Assembly (NCBI GenBank): GCA_027319905.1
Contig: DAHVMJ010000001.1
Span: 117,630 to 181,629, forward strand
DNA: 64,000 nucleotides
Source: Candidatus Micrarchaeota archaeon
Lineage (GTDB): Archaea; Micrarchaeota; Micrarchaeia; Micrarchaeales; CABMGC01
Direction of reading: 5' to 3'
Shown here: in pieces, positions 55,006-63,856 of the stretch
How positions within the stretch are numbered: position 1 is the first letter of the stretch
How the letters are laid out: every line of letters starts with the position of its first letter
Translations under genes and position numbers: made by a program
Notes under the pieces: model-generated
The model's database searches: none
Seen by the model: the letters and a program-made list of their open reading frames with translations, nothing else
What the model was told of the DNA's origin: nothing

Positions 55006-55920
55006 ATGGAAGACATGCGCCGCAAAAAGAATCCTGCAAAAGCCCAGTCTGCGATGGAGTACCTGATGACCTACGGATGGGCCATTCTCATTATCGCGGT
55101 GGTGCTGGGAGCGCTATTCCAATTGGGTGTTTTCAACGCGAGCACCTTCGCACCACGTGCGCCTCCCGGCGCCTGCCAGGTCTTCAGGCCCAACGGACCA
55201 GGAACCTCATCACTGATAAATCTTGAAGGCGTGTGCAGTGGGGAGCTGCCGCAGTACGTGGGAGTATTTGCAGCGGGACCTGGAGCTCACATAGTCATAC
55301 CGCTATCCGCCATTTTCACCAGCATGACCGGCTCTCTGACTTACAGCGGGTGGTTTTATTCTTCTTCATTACAACCGTCCAGCTTCGGCGGAGGGTTCGG
55401 CTCTTTTTGTTATTGCGGAGGCAACTACAGGAGCGCAGCATTTTATTTCCAGCCGCCATATATCAACTTCGCTGATTCTGTGGACGGAACTTCCACAACC
55501 CAGCAGAATGTGATATCGCAGGTTACTCCGAACACCTGGTTTTTCGCTACCGGAACATTCAACTCTTCTACTCAGCTCTTGACACTATACATAAACGGCA
55601 AGTTTGCCGCTTCAGCAAACATGGGATCTAGCAGTGTCTACCCTCCATACGAACCACTAACGATTGGATACTACGACAACGGAAATCCTTGGAATGAGTC
55701 CGTAGCCAACACTCAGGTCTACAATATCTCCCTTTCGGCCAGCGAGGTAACTGCTTTGTACGATGAGGGCATCGGCGGCGCGCCTCTTCGCCTGCAGAAC
55801 CTAGTCGGCTGGTGGCCTCTCAACGGCAATGCCAACGACTACAGCGGCAATAATAACAATGGCGTGCCCAGCAGCGTTACCTACACGAACCAGTGGACAA
55901 GCGGATATACGGCCCCATAA
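55006..55920 (+). CDS. Class III signal-peptide (pilin-like) LamG/ConA-domain protein, copy 3
   Basis: KAQSAMEYLMTYGWAILII..., WFFATGTF...LYING, GWWPLNGNANDYSGN. Confidence 0.88.
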   Translation: MEDMRRKKNPAKAQSAMEYLMTYGWAILIIAVVLGALFQLGVFNASTFAPRAPPGACQVFRPNGPGTSSLINLEGVCSGELPQYVGVFAAGPGAHIVIPLSAIFTSMTGSLTYSGWFYSSSLQPSSFGGGFGSFCYCGGNYRSAAFYFQPPYINFADSVDGTSTTQQNVISQVTPNTWFFATGTFNSSTQLLTLYINGKFAASANMGSSSVYPPYEPLTIGYYDNGNPWNESVANTQVYNISLSASEVTALYDEGIGGAPLRLQNLVGWWPLNGNANDYSGNNNNGVPSSVTYTNQWTSGYTAP

Positions 55921-55962
55921 CTATTAACTATAAATCCCCTATTGCTACATCACGGCGTTCTG

Positions 55963-56775
55963 ATGATCGGAATTGTGTATTCAACGCGAGATCCTGCGGG
56001 CAGCAATATGGCCCACCGCATAATAAGCGCGAACGGCTTCAAACAGGTCGAGGGGCACAGATACCTAAAGTACGAAGACAGCAGCATAAGAATGTACGAG
56101 ATAGAAGTGCCATCCTACGCAGCAGAGTTCGCCGACGGATTCATATGCGACGCGCTTGTCTTCCTCAGCAGGCACAAGAGCGAGGCTGAGGTCGATGCGT
56201 TCACAACGCACTCCCTTGGCAACTGGAGACCAAGCGCAGATTTCGGCGGCAAGCCCAAGCAGCTCTCCTTTGCGTCCCCAGTGCTCATGCTCTCTGCTCT
56301 CAGGGCGCTAAGCAAGGTCAGCGAGAACGTAGAGAAAACCTACGAGGCCACCCACCACGGACCGCTGCTCAATACCCCCTCGCTTTTCGTTGAGATAGGC
56401 GGCAGCGAAAAGATGGTGGAGAATAAGGCGACTGCCGAAAGGCTCGCTGATGCGGTATTCTCGGCAATAACAAGCACGCAGAGCGGCGGCGTGGAGTTCT
56501 CCAAAACGGTTATCGGCATAGGGAGCAATCACTATCCTGAAAAGTTCTCCAGGCTGGCATTGGAGAAGGGCTACGCCTTCTCACACATAATGCCCAAATA
56601 TGCGATACTCAACGACGATGGCAGCAACAACCTGGACGTGGTAGAGCAGGCAGTGGAGCGCTCCTCTCCCAAACCCGAGGCCGTGGTGTTAGACTGGAAG
56701 AGCCTCAACTCTGTCATGAAGGAGCAAACAATTAAGAAGTTGAACGAAATAGGACTTGACAATGAAAAAGTTTGA
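55963..56775 (+). CDS. dtdA: D-aminoacyl-tRNA deacylase (archaeal DTD2 type)
   Basis: FLSRH, TTHSLGN, EATHHGP, FVEIG, HYP. Confidence 0.92.
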   Translation: MIGIVYSTRDPAGSNMAHRIISANGFKQVEGHRYLKYEDSSIRMYEIEVPSYAAEFADGFICDALVFLSRHKSEAEVDAFTTHSLGNWRPSADFGGKPKQLSFASPVLMLSALRALSKVSENVEKTYEATHHGPLLNTPSLFVEIGGSEKMVENKATAERLADAVFSAITSTQSGGVEFSKTVIGIGSNHYPEKFSRLALEKGYAFSHIMPKYAILNDDGSNNLDVVEQAVERSSPKPEAVVLDWKSLNSVMKEQTIKKLNEIGLDNEKV

Positions 56776-58588
56776 ACTCCTGCTGGCGTTCACCCTACTC
56801 TCGTTTCTTGTGCTTATCAGCGTCGCCCACGCCCAATACTGGTTCCAGAGCGGTGCCCGCGCGTCAGGCAATTCAGATCACAACAGCGGCGGAAGCGTGG
56901 AGATACAGACGGTTACTCCGCAGAAGCTCATCAATGGGTCAATGGCCTTTTGGGTCGGCGAGACGCTTTCAAATGGCGCGTTTCTGCAGATCGGATATAG
57001 CATATCAAACCAGACAGGCAACCTGACTACTGATTGCACCACCACTGGCTGCTCCAACAGCACCTTCGTGAAGGCGGGTGACGCGGAATGGTTCTACGAA
57101 TACTTCGAACCGGGCAACAACAGCACATTCTTCGGGACCACAGGCCCTGACGCCTCTGCGGGAGTGAACGGCACGTTCAACACATATTCCTTCTACTCTT
57201 TGGGCAACACCTGGTACTTCCTGTTCAACAACAAAACAATCGGCAGCGTGAATCTCGGGACATCTGATTCCGGAATCTACACGCCCATAGCCGTGGGGGA
57301 GATGGCAAACACCAGCAATGCAAAGACGTACATGAGGCCGGTGGTCTTCTCCAACCTTTCTGCCTACAAGTACGACATGTTCCTTCCTGTCCAGACCGCC
57401 TACGGCACCATAAACTACGGAGTGGGCAGCGAGACAAACATACCAAATCCCTATGGGGTGCAGGAGATAGATTCACGAACAAACTACTTCAAGGTGGGGT
57501 CGGGCCTGCCAATGTCCACTAACAACACAAAGCTCTGGAGCCTCGGCTACAGGCTCACAGTAAACTCGCAGTATGGCAACATATCGAGCAAGACATCCTA
57601 CATCGCGTACACAATACAGACGATATCCGCTCCCTCTGTTGTGAATCTAAACAGCACCACACGCGAGGTATTTACCGGGTGGACGGGAAGCGGCCTCGGA
57701 TTTTACACCGGAAGCCAGAACACGGTGCAGCTGCTCATGACCGCTAACATAACCGAAACCGCCAACTGGCAGAGGCAGTACTTGGTTAACGTAAGCTCGC
57801 CATACGGCTTCACAAACGGCACAGGCTGGTACGCCAATGGGAGTATCGCATCGTACAGCGTTTCCAACTCAACGTTCCTGCGCAACGGAGCCCAGGAGTT
57901 CAGGCTATCGGGTTGGAGCACGGGAACAACGGGCATGTCAAACAGCAGCCGCGTAACTGGGCCCGTGAATATAACCGCCCTCTGGCAGTACAGGAGCGAA
58001 CTTCTTGGAGTCAATTCAGGCAAAAAGAGAATAAACGTTACAGAGTTTATGGTGAACGGGAAGCAGGTGAACGACACGCCATTCCTGAACGCGAGCGCAA
58101 CATCCGCAATTTCAGGTGCCTATTACAAGGGAGTGTGGCTGACAGCAAACACCGATGTGAGCCAGAACTCCCCTGAACTGGTGCTTGTGCCTCTTCCGGT
58201 ATACAATGTCACGATAAAGACCACCGACGTATTCGGTTTTCCTGTAAATGCGTCTGTCACGCTTGTCTTCACGAACGGCACCGGCATGAGCACCCACTCG
58301 GGCCCGGGAGGTGTACTTACCATTCCTAACGTACCGTTCGGCTACGCTGATACCACAGCATCGTACTTCATAACGAAATCAAATGCGCTTGCTAGCGGCG
58401 GTATTACTGCAAACCTTGTCATGGTGTCACAGCTCAATGTGGTTGAGTTCATAGTCCTGGTCATAGTCTTCGTGTACGTTTTTGAGAAGAACAGAAGGGG
58501 CCACATCAAGAATCAGTATTATGAGACCGAAGCGGAGGTCCCGCAGAAGAAACCGGTAAAGCAGCGTAAGAACGTCTGGTCTCCGTGA
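56762..58588 (+). CDS. Secreted, C-terminally membrane-anchored glycoprotein with possible glutamic-peptidase-like N-domain
   Basis: Signal peptide (..VAHA/QYWF), FWVG..FLQIGY..WFYEYF, many NxS/T sequons, FTGW/ANWQRQY repeats, C-terminal TM segment. Confidence 0.7.
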   Translation: MKKFELLLAFTLLSFLVLISVAHAQYWFQSGARASGNSDHNSGGSVEIQTVTPQKLINGSMAFWVGETLSNGAFLQIGYSISNQTGNLTTDCTTTGCSNSTFVKAGDAEWFYEYFEPGNNSTFFGTTGPDASAGVNGTFNTYSFYSLGNTWYFLFNNKTIGSVNLGTSDSGIYTPIAVGEMANTSNAKTYMRPVVFSNLSAYKYDMFLPVQTAYGTINYGVGSETNIPNPYGVQEIDSRTNYFKVGSGLPMSTNNTKLWSLGYRLTVNSQYGNISSKTSYIAYTIQTISAPSVVNLNSTTREVFTGWTGSGLGFYTGSQNTVQLLMTANITETANWQRQYLVNVSSPYGFTNGTGWYANGSIASYSVSNSTFLRNGAQEFRLSGWSTGTTGMSNSSRVTGPVNITALWQYRSELLGVNSGKKRINVTEFMVNGKQVNDTPFLNASATSAISGAYYKGVWLTANTDVSQNSPELVLVPLPVYNVTIKTTDVFGFPVNASVTLVFTNGTGMSTHSGPGGVLTIPNVPFGYADTTASYFITKSNALASGGITANLVMVSQLNVVEFIVLVIVFVYVFEKNRRGHIKNQYYETEAEVPQKKPVKQRKNVWSP

Positions 58589-58631
58589 AGGTAAGGTTTA
58601 TCTTATTTTATAGCGGAATAAGCATGATGCA

Positions 58632-59144
58632 ATGAAGATAGCGATTCTGATAGCGCCACAGGACTTCAAGGACGAGACCCTATCCCATCTTCAGCTTTTG
58701 TTTGAGAAGAAAGACGTGGAATCGCAGATAGCAAGCCTGACTCTGAAACAATGCACAGGTTATCACGGAGCCGTCATCAAACCCCAGATCGAGGCAAAGG
58801 CGCTCGAGCCGGGCGCGTTTGACGTGCTGCTCATCGCCGACGGCCCTGGCGTGGACTCGCTCAAGCTCTACGACTACAGACCGCTGCTCGACCTGATAAA
58901 GGCTTTCCACGACGGAAACAAAAAAATAGCAGGAATAGGCAACGGGATTAAAGCGGTGGCGAGGGCAAACATAATCAAAGATGCAAAGATAGCCAAGACA
59001 GACGCAGAGACAGAGAAGCTTGTCAGGCTCTACAGGGGCAAACCCACAGAAGAGTTTGTCGTATCAGACAAGAACGTAATAACCGCCACAGGGGTAGACA
59101 ACATACCTGATTTCGTCTCCAGCCTGGTCCAGGAACAGGTGTAG
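58632..59144 (+). CDS. DJ-1/PfpI-family protein lacking the nucleophilic Cys
   Basis: MKIAILIA..FKDE, FDVLLIADGPG, KKIAGIGNG, VVSDKNVITA. Confidence 0.85.
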   Translation: MKIAILIAPQDFKDETLSHLQLLFEKKDVESQIASLTLKQCTGYHGAVIKPQIEAKALEPGAFDVLLIADGPGVDSLKLYDYRPLLDLIKAFHDGNKKIAGIGNGIKAVARANIIKDAKIAKTDAETEKLVRLYRGKPTEEFVVSDKNVITATGVDNIPDFVSSLVQEQV

Positions 59145-59465
59145 TCACCGCGCCTTTTTGTAGAAAACGTGCCGTTCCTCACCACACTCGCACACATAAG
59201 CAGCGTAACCGTGAGAGCTGACTAGCCTGACGCCGCAGTTTACGCCAGGCACCAGGAAATTGCCACATCCCTTGCACACGCGCCATTTGAGTTCCTTGGG
59301 TATCGAGACCTTGTAGCGCATGCCTATCTTGCGCGCCAGGCCAACATAGCGTCTCGCCAGTTTTTTCGACGCGTCGTTGCGTTCCGTGGTTCGCGCCTCG
59401 GCGTTTTGCAAAAGGGTTCTTATCCTGCCCAGCGCTATCTTCTCTACCAATCGCTCGTTCCTCAT
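59145..59465 (-). CDS. rnp4: Ribonuclease P protein component 4 (Rpp21)
   Basis: IALGRI, ARRYVGLARKIG, CKGC...LVPG...CECG. Confidence 0.93.
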   Translation of the reverse strand: MRNERLVEKIALGRIRTLLQNAEARTTERNDASKKLARRYVGLARKIGMRYKVSIPKELKWRVCKGCGNFLVPGVNCGVRLVSSHGYAAYVCECGEERHVFYKKAR

Positions 59466-59518
59466 CCTCTACAACTTTCAAGCCAATGTATTTATATGGC
59501 ATTTTTCTAGGTTTAAAT

Positions 59519-60025
59519 ATGACGCGGATCAGCAGGAACGTAGAGATATCAGACCGCGAAGTGAGCATAACCGCTGTAAGAAGGCCGAACAGCATACAGG
59601 ACATAGACCTCACGCTACGCTCGGCGCACGGCACCTTTCCGTTCCACGTATTCTATCATGAAGCCGAGAAGGCCGAGGAATTCGAGCGCCTGGTTCGCTT
59701 CCTTAACGACAACGTGGGGAGTAGGTACGACGTCAAGATATCGGTGACTCCGAACCAGTCCGACATAATAAGTATAAGAAAAACAGACGTACACTGGGCC
59801 GCCAGGCTTCTTCTTAGCCTGAATGAGGATGGCAAGGAGGTAATTCCTAACATAAAGTTTTCCTTCGAACGCGAAACGCTGGGCCCAGTTGGGCCAGACA
59901 ACCGCATCGGGGATGTGATGCTGTACGCCTACAATGACAGAGAAAAGTACAACGGGCACTCGGTACTCATAGAGGTCAAGCGTTCGGCGTCAGCCATGGC
60001 CCAGACTCTAGACCCTCTCCTCTGA
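59519..60025 (+). CDS. Hypothetical protein
   Basis: 168-aa ORF from ATG 59519; no recognised motif. Confidence 0.6.
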   Translation: MTRISRNVEISDREVSITAVRRPNSIQDIDLTLRSAHGTFPFHVFYHEAEKAEEFERLVRFLNDNVGSRYDVKISVTPNQSDIISIRKTDVHWAARLLLSLNEDGKEVIPNIKFSFERETLGPVGPDNRIGDVMLYAYNDREKYNGHSVLIEVKRSASAMAQTLDPLL

Positions 60026-60074
60026 CAGCGTGCCGTTATTTAACCAGGCCACTGCGTCGCGTGCTCTGATATGA

Positions 60075-60149
60075 TGGGCCCGCGGAGATTTGAACTCCGG
60101 ACCTACGGCTTATAAGACCGCCGCTCTAACCAAGCTGAGCTACGAGCCC
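60075..60149 (-). tRNA. tRNA-Ile(TAT)
   Basis: GGGCTCG/CGGGCCC-A acceptor, anticodon arm GCGGT-CTTATAA-GCCGT, T-loop TTCAAAT. Confidence 0.93.
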
Positions 60150-60188
60150 TCGACTAATGATGAGATTTAAGGAATAAAAGCCTGCTCC

Positions 60189-60542
60189 CTAGCAGTGGGC
60201 GTTTGCCAACTCTCTGCGTAGTGTCTGCGCCAGCGTGAACCACCATAATTCATTCTGGTCCAGGGCAGTGTTAAGCGTGCGAGCCACGTTACTGTCTCTG
60301 ATATTTTCCGGAGACGTTTCCTCCAACGCAAGATAGAAAACCGCTTTTGCAAGAGTCTTGTGCGTGAGCAGCGGGTTTCTCTTGAGAGACTCGGTCGCTT
60401 TCCCGAACGCGCTGTCTCTTATCCTTGGGTTCTTCAGCTTTGTTTCGTCAGCCAGCCCCACAAGGTCCCTGCCCACCCTTATCAACGTGTCCTGCGCTTG
60501 GCGCGCTCTAAGCGCCTCCATAGGACTCGCATTGGTTACCAC
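60189..60542 (-). CDS. Hypothetical protein
   Basis: 117-aa ORF, GTG start, TATA-like TTTAAATA upstream. Confidence 0.55.
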   Translation of the reverse strand: MVTNASPMEALRARQAQDTLIRVGRDLVGLADETKLKNPRIRDSAFGKATESLKRNPLLTHKTLAKAVFYLALEETSPENIRDSNVARTLNTALDQNELWWFTLAQTLRRELANAHC

Positions 60543-60624
60543 GGTTCTCCCACGATCGCTTCTGTGCTGTGACTGTATTTAAACGTTGAGAGGCAATATA
60601 TTACCTAAAATAAAAGTGCAGAGC

Positions 60625-61923
60625 ATGGACTTGGGCGAAGGGCTAAGGAAAGCGATCGCAAGGCTTACAGGAGCCACGATTATCGACGCCAAAACAATAC
60701 GCGAGTTCAACAAGGAACTGCAGCGTGCTCTCATCTCTGCTGACGTAAACGTCGAGCTCGTGCTATCGCTCACTCAGAAGTTAGAGGATGCTGCGCTGAA
60801 GGAGAAGTTGCCCCCCGGAGTCAGCGCCAAGGACTACATAACAAACATGCTCTACGAGCAGCTGATAGAACTCATGGGCGAGTCGTTCGCGCCTGTGATG
60901 AAGCCAAAGCGCATACTCCTTCTCGGTCTCTATGGATCTGGAAAAACGACAACCGCAGCAAAGCTCGCGAGATACTACCAAGAACGCGGACTGAGCAGCG
61001 CACTGATAGCGTGCGATGTCTCCAGGCCAGCCGCGTACGAGCAGCTAGAGACGCTGGCGAAGCAGGCCGGGGTCGGGTTCTTCGGAATAAAGGACGAAAC
61101 CGATGTCAGGAAGATAATCAAAGGAGCGCTAGCCGCGCTGAAGGACAAGAAGGTGCTCATCTGCGACACCAGCGGAAGGAACGCACTCGAAAAGGAGCTC
61201 ATAGACCAGCTGAAGGTTGTCGCCAACGAGTTCAAGCCTGACGAGAAGACGCTCGTGATAAACGCAGATACCGGCCAGGTTGCCGGGAAGCAGGCCAGGG
61301 AGTTCGATGGCGCGGTCAAGCTGACCGGAGTCATAGTGACGAAGCTGGACGGATCGGGCAAGGGCGGCGGGGCTCTCAGCGCTGTTAGCGCAGCCAAGGT
61401 TGGGATAGAGTTCATAGGCACAGGCGAGAAACTCAACGCGCTCGAGCTGTACGATTCTAAGAAGTTCGTCGGCAGGCTGCTGGGTATGCCAGACCTTGAG
61501 TCACTTGTGGCAAACGTGCAGCAGGCGATAAAAGAAGCGAACGTCAAGCCGGAGGAGATGCAGAGCGAGGAGCTCAACTACAGCACTTTCTACACGCAGC
61601 TCAAGGCGATGGGGAAGATGGGGCCGCTGAGCAGCATGATGGCCTCATTGGGCGTCTCTGCGCCGAAGGAGGCTCTAGAGCAGAGCGAGACCAAGCTCAA
61701 AAAATACAAGTCGATAATAGACTCGATGACGTCGCAGGAACGCGAAGACGGCAGCCTGCTCGGCAACGCAGCAAGGATAAAGCGCATAGCCAGGGGCAGC
61801 GGTTCCACGGAGAAGGAGGTGAAGGAGATGATTGCAGATTTCAACAAGATGAAGAAGCTATTCGGCATGATGAAGAACGACAGGAACGTGCGCAAGCAGT
61901 TCTCCAAGTTCATGCCAAAGTAG
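60625..61923 (+). CDS. srp54: Signal recognition particle protein SRP54
   Basis: LISADV, GLYGSGKTTT, DTSGR, TKLDGSGKGGG, M domain RIKRIARGSG. Confidence 0.97.
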   Translation: MDLGEGLRKAIARLTGATIIDAKTIREFNKELQRALISADVNVELVLSLTQKLEDAALKEKLPPGVSAKDYITNMLYEQLIELMGESFAPVMKPKRILLLGLYGSGKTTTAAKLARYYQERGLSSALIACDVSRPAAYEQLETLAKQAGVGFFGIKDETDVRKIIKGALAALKDKKVLICDTSGRNALEKELIDQLKVVANEFKPDEKTLVINADTGQVAGKQAREFDGAVKLTGVIVTKLDGSGKGGGALSAVSAAKVGIEFIGTGEKLNALELYDSKKFVGRLLGMPDLESLVANVQQAIKEANVKPEEMQSEELNYSTFYTQLKAMGKMGPLSSMMASLGVSAPKEALEQSETKLKKYKSIIDSMTSQEREDGSLLGNAARIKRIARGSGSTEKEVKEMIADFNKMKKLFGMMKNDRNVRKQFSKFMPK

Positions 61924-61959
61924 GCAAAGGTTAAAATTTCTAAACTATGGAATACGTAT

Positions 61960-62403
61960 ATGGCGATCAAGTACTGGGAGTTTGAGGATGCGCCGCTCAG
62001 GGAGAAGCTGAAGAGCCCGAACGTGCGCGAGCTTGCCAAGATATACTTCGAGAACGAGACAAGAGCATACAGGTTTGCGAAGGCGCTTCTCGAGGTTAAG
62101 AAGAAGCAGCCGCTCCGCCTGAAGGACTGCGATCCGTCGCTGCCGATAGCCACATGGAAACGCTATCTCGATTACGGCGTGAACGTGGGCATGCTGAAGC
62201 ACGAGGAGAGCGCGTACAGCTTCACAGATAGGTATTCCAAGCCATTCAAGAACATAGCGCTCTACATAAGGGCGTGGATGGAGCAGAACGGAGGCGAGGA
62301 CGCAGACGTGCTCTTCGCAAACGCCAAAACAGGCAGACAGTCCAAGCGCGGAGGCAGGTCTGGTATGGATAGCATGCAAGCAGACGCGCCAAGCGCACAG
62401 TAG
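61960..62403 (+). CDS. Hypothetical protein
   Basis: 147-aa ORF co-oriented with srp54. Confidence 0.7.
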   Translation: MAIKYWEFEDAPLREKLKSPNVRELAKIYFENETRAYRFAKALLEVKKKQPLRLKDCDPSLPIATWKRYLDYGVNVGMLKHEESAYSFTDRYSKPFKNIALYIRAWMEQNGGEDADVLFANAKTGRQSKRGGRSGMDSMQADAPSAQ

Positions 62404-62405
62404 CC

Positions 62406-63197
62406 TCAGCTGCTTATCGTCTGGTTGACCGGTTGGCTCAGTTGCGTGCCCGGATTCTTGCTCAGGTAGAAGTCGCCCGCGGCTACGTAGCCATCGCCCT
62501 GTGCCGAGGATCCTGTTACTCCTGCCACTAGTCTTATGCTCACGTTCTGGCAGAGCAGCGTGGCGAGAGGTATGCTCGCGTTTACGAAAGCGCTCTGCGG
62601 GTTAGCCACTCCTGGCGGCGAGACGTATGTGTTGTAGTGTGTGGTTATGACAGGCTTGCTGCCTTCGAGTATCTCCACGTACAGCGCGGAGCTCTGTGAC
62701 GAGATTATCTTGAAGTTCAGGTAGAGCTGTGTCGCGCTGAATGGCCGCGAAGTGAGGTTGCCTGCCTGAAGTGCGGTTCCTGTGGTGTAGGTTGTTGCCA
62801 TGTATACGCCGTTGTAACCGCTCCACGGCGCCGCGTAGTAAGCGCCCTGCATGTTCGCCTTTGTCAGGTTGAAAGGTTCGGACCCGAATCCAGGCCCCGT
62901 GGCGGTCCAGTTGGCATACGTGCCTGTGGAGAAGTTGCCGTTCGGTATTACGACGTTGCCGCCGCCAGATACGCAGCCTGCATAGTAAACTGTGCTGGTT
63001 GTCTGGGTCGTACTGGTGGATGTGGTCGAATTTCCTGATATCGTGGTGGTGAGAGTTGTGTTTGATCTCGGGATCGTTGTGAACGTGGTTATCGTGCTCG
63101 TCGTATGCGCACCTCCCCCGTTCGATGCGTACAGGTAGATGGCAACTATGACCAGCAGCACGAGTATTATGAAGTATGCAGCTATCCCTCTGTGCAC
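62406..63197 (-). CDS. Membrane-anchored surface protein with Thr/Ser-rich linker and beta-sandwich (CBM-like) domain
   Basis: N-terminal TM segment, TTSTITT...TTSTSTT linker, IPNGNFSTGTYANWT. Confidence 0.75.
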   Translation of the reverse strand: MHRGIAAYFIILVLLVIVAIYLYASNGGGAHTTSTITTFTTIPRSNTTLTTTISGNSTTSTSTTQTTSTVYYAGCVSGGGNVVIPNGNFSTGTYANWTATGPGFGSEPFNLTKANMQGAYYAAPWSGYNGVYMATTYTTGTALQAGNLTSRPFSATQLYLNFKIISSQSSALYVEILEGSKPVITTHYNTYVSPPGVANPQSAFVNASIPLATLLCQNVSIRLVAGVTGSSAQGDGYVAAGDFYLSKNPGTQLSQPVNQTISS

Positions 63198-63261
63198 AGA
63201 ACCACAGCTTAATATAGATAGACACTAATAAAAATGGTGTTGGCGAGATTGGTGCTTTAGC

Positions 63262-63375
63262 TTGGGAAGTATACCCAGAAAGTGGAAGAAGAAGGGAAGG
63301 ATGCGCTGGAAGTGGAAGAAGAAGCGCAGGAAGAGAATGAAGCGAGCGCAGAAGAGAAGAGTCGGAGAGCTGTAG
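63262..63375 (+). CDS. rpl41e: Ribosomal protein L41e/eS32, long archaeal form (37 aa; not in ORF track)
   Basis: TTG start after GGTG; MGSIPRKWKKKGRMRWKWKKKRRKRMKRAQKRRVGEL. Confidence 0.88.
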   Translation: MGSIPRKWKKKGRMRWKWKKKRRKRMKRAQKRRVGEL

Positions 63376-63384
63376 CGTGCTTGG

Positions 63385-63849
63385 ATGTACCCTGAGCAGC
63401 TTTTCAACCAAAAGAGATGGCTCTTTTTCGTGGGCATCAAAGCGCTGATTATCAAGAACGGGAAGATTCTTGTCCTCAGCTCCGGCGCTTCGGAACTCTC
63501 ATCCACGGGCAGAACCAAGGCCTTCTGGGATCTCCCAGGAGGTAAGGTAGAATGGGGCGAAAGCGTGGCGGAGACCTTGCGCAGGGAGGTCCATGAGGAG
63601 CTCGGCATCAGCAAAAATTCTCTCCGCATAAAAAGAATATTCGAGGCGTCTGTTTCTCGTATAAGAATATCTCACGGCATCCCGGTGCCATTGCTGCTAA
63701 TCACCTTTCTCTGCAGCATCAACGGCAGCAACGGGTTCAAACTTAGCGACGAGCATGCATCCTTCAAGTGGGTGGATGCAAAGACGGCCAAGAGGCTGCT
63801 CGGAGTGAAATTCAACCGGACCTTCGTAAAAGAACTGGACTCCATATGA
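63385..63849 (+). CDS. NUDIX hydrolase
   Basis: WDLPGGKVEWGESVAETLRREVHEELG Nudix box. Confidence 0.95.
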   Translation: MYPEQLFNQKRWLFFVGIKALIIKNGKILVLSSGASELSSTGRTKAFWDLPGGKVEWGESVAETLRREVHEELGISKNSLRIKRIFEASVSRIRISHGIPVPLLLITFLCSINGSNGFKLSDEHASFKWVDAKTAKRLLGVKFNRTFVKELDSI

Positions 63850-63856
63850 GGCTGTG

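Noticed and set aside
37388..55920. Diversity-generating retroelement acting on the LamG genes
   Set aside because: No reverse transcriptase in the window and no template/variable repeat pair differing only at adenines; the variation covers whole domains.
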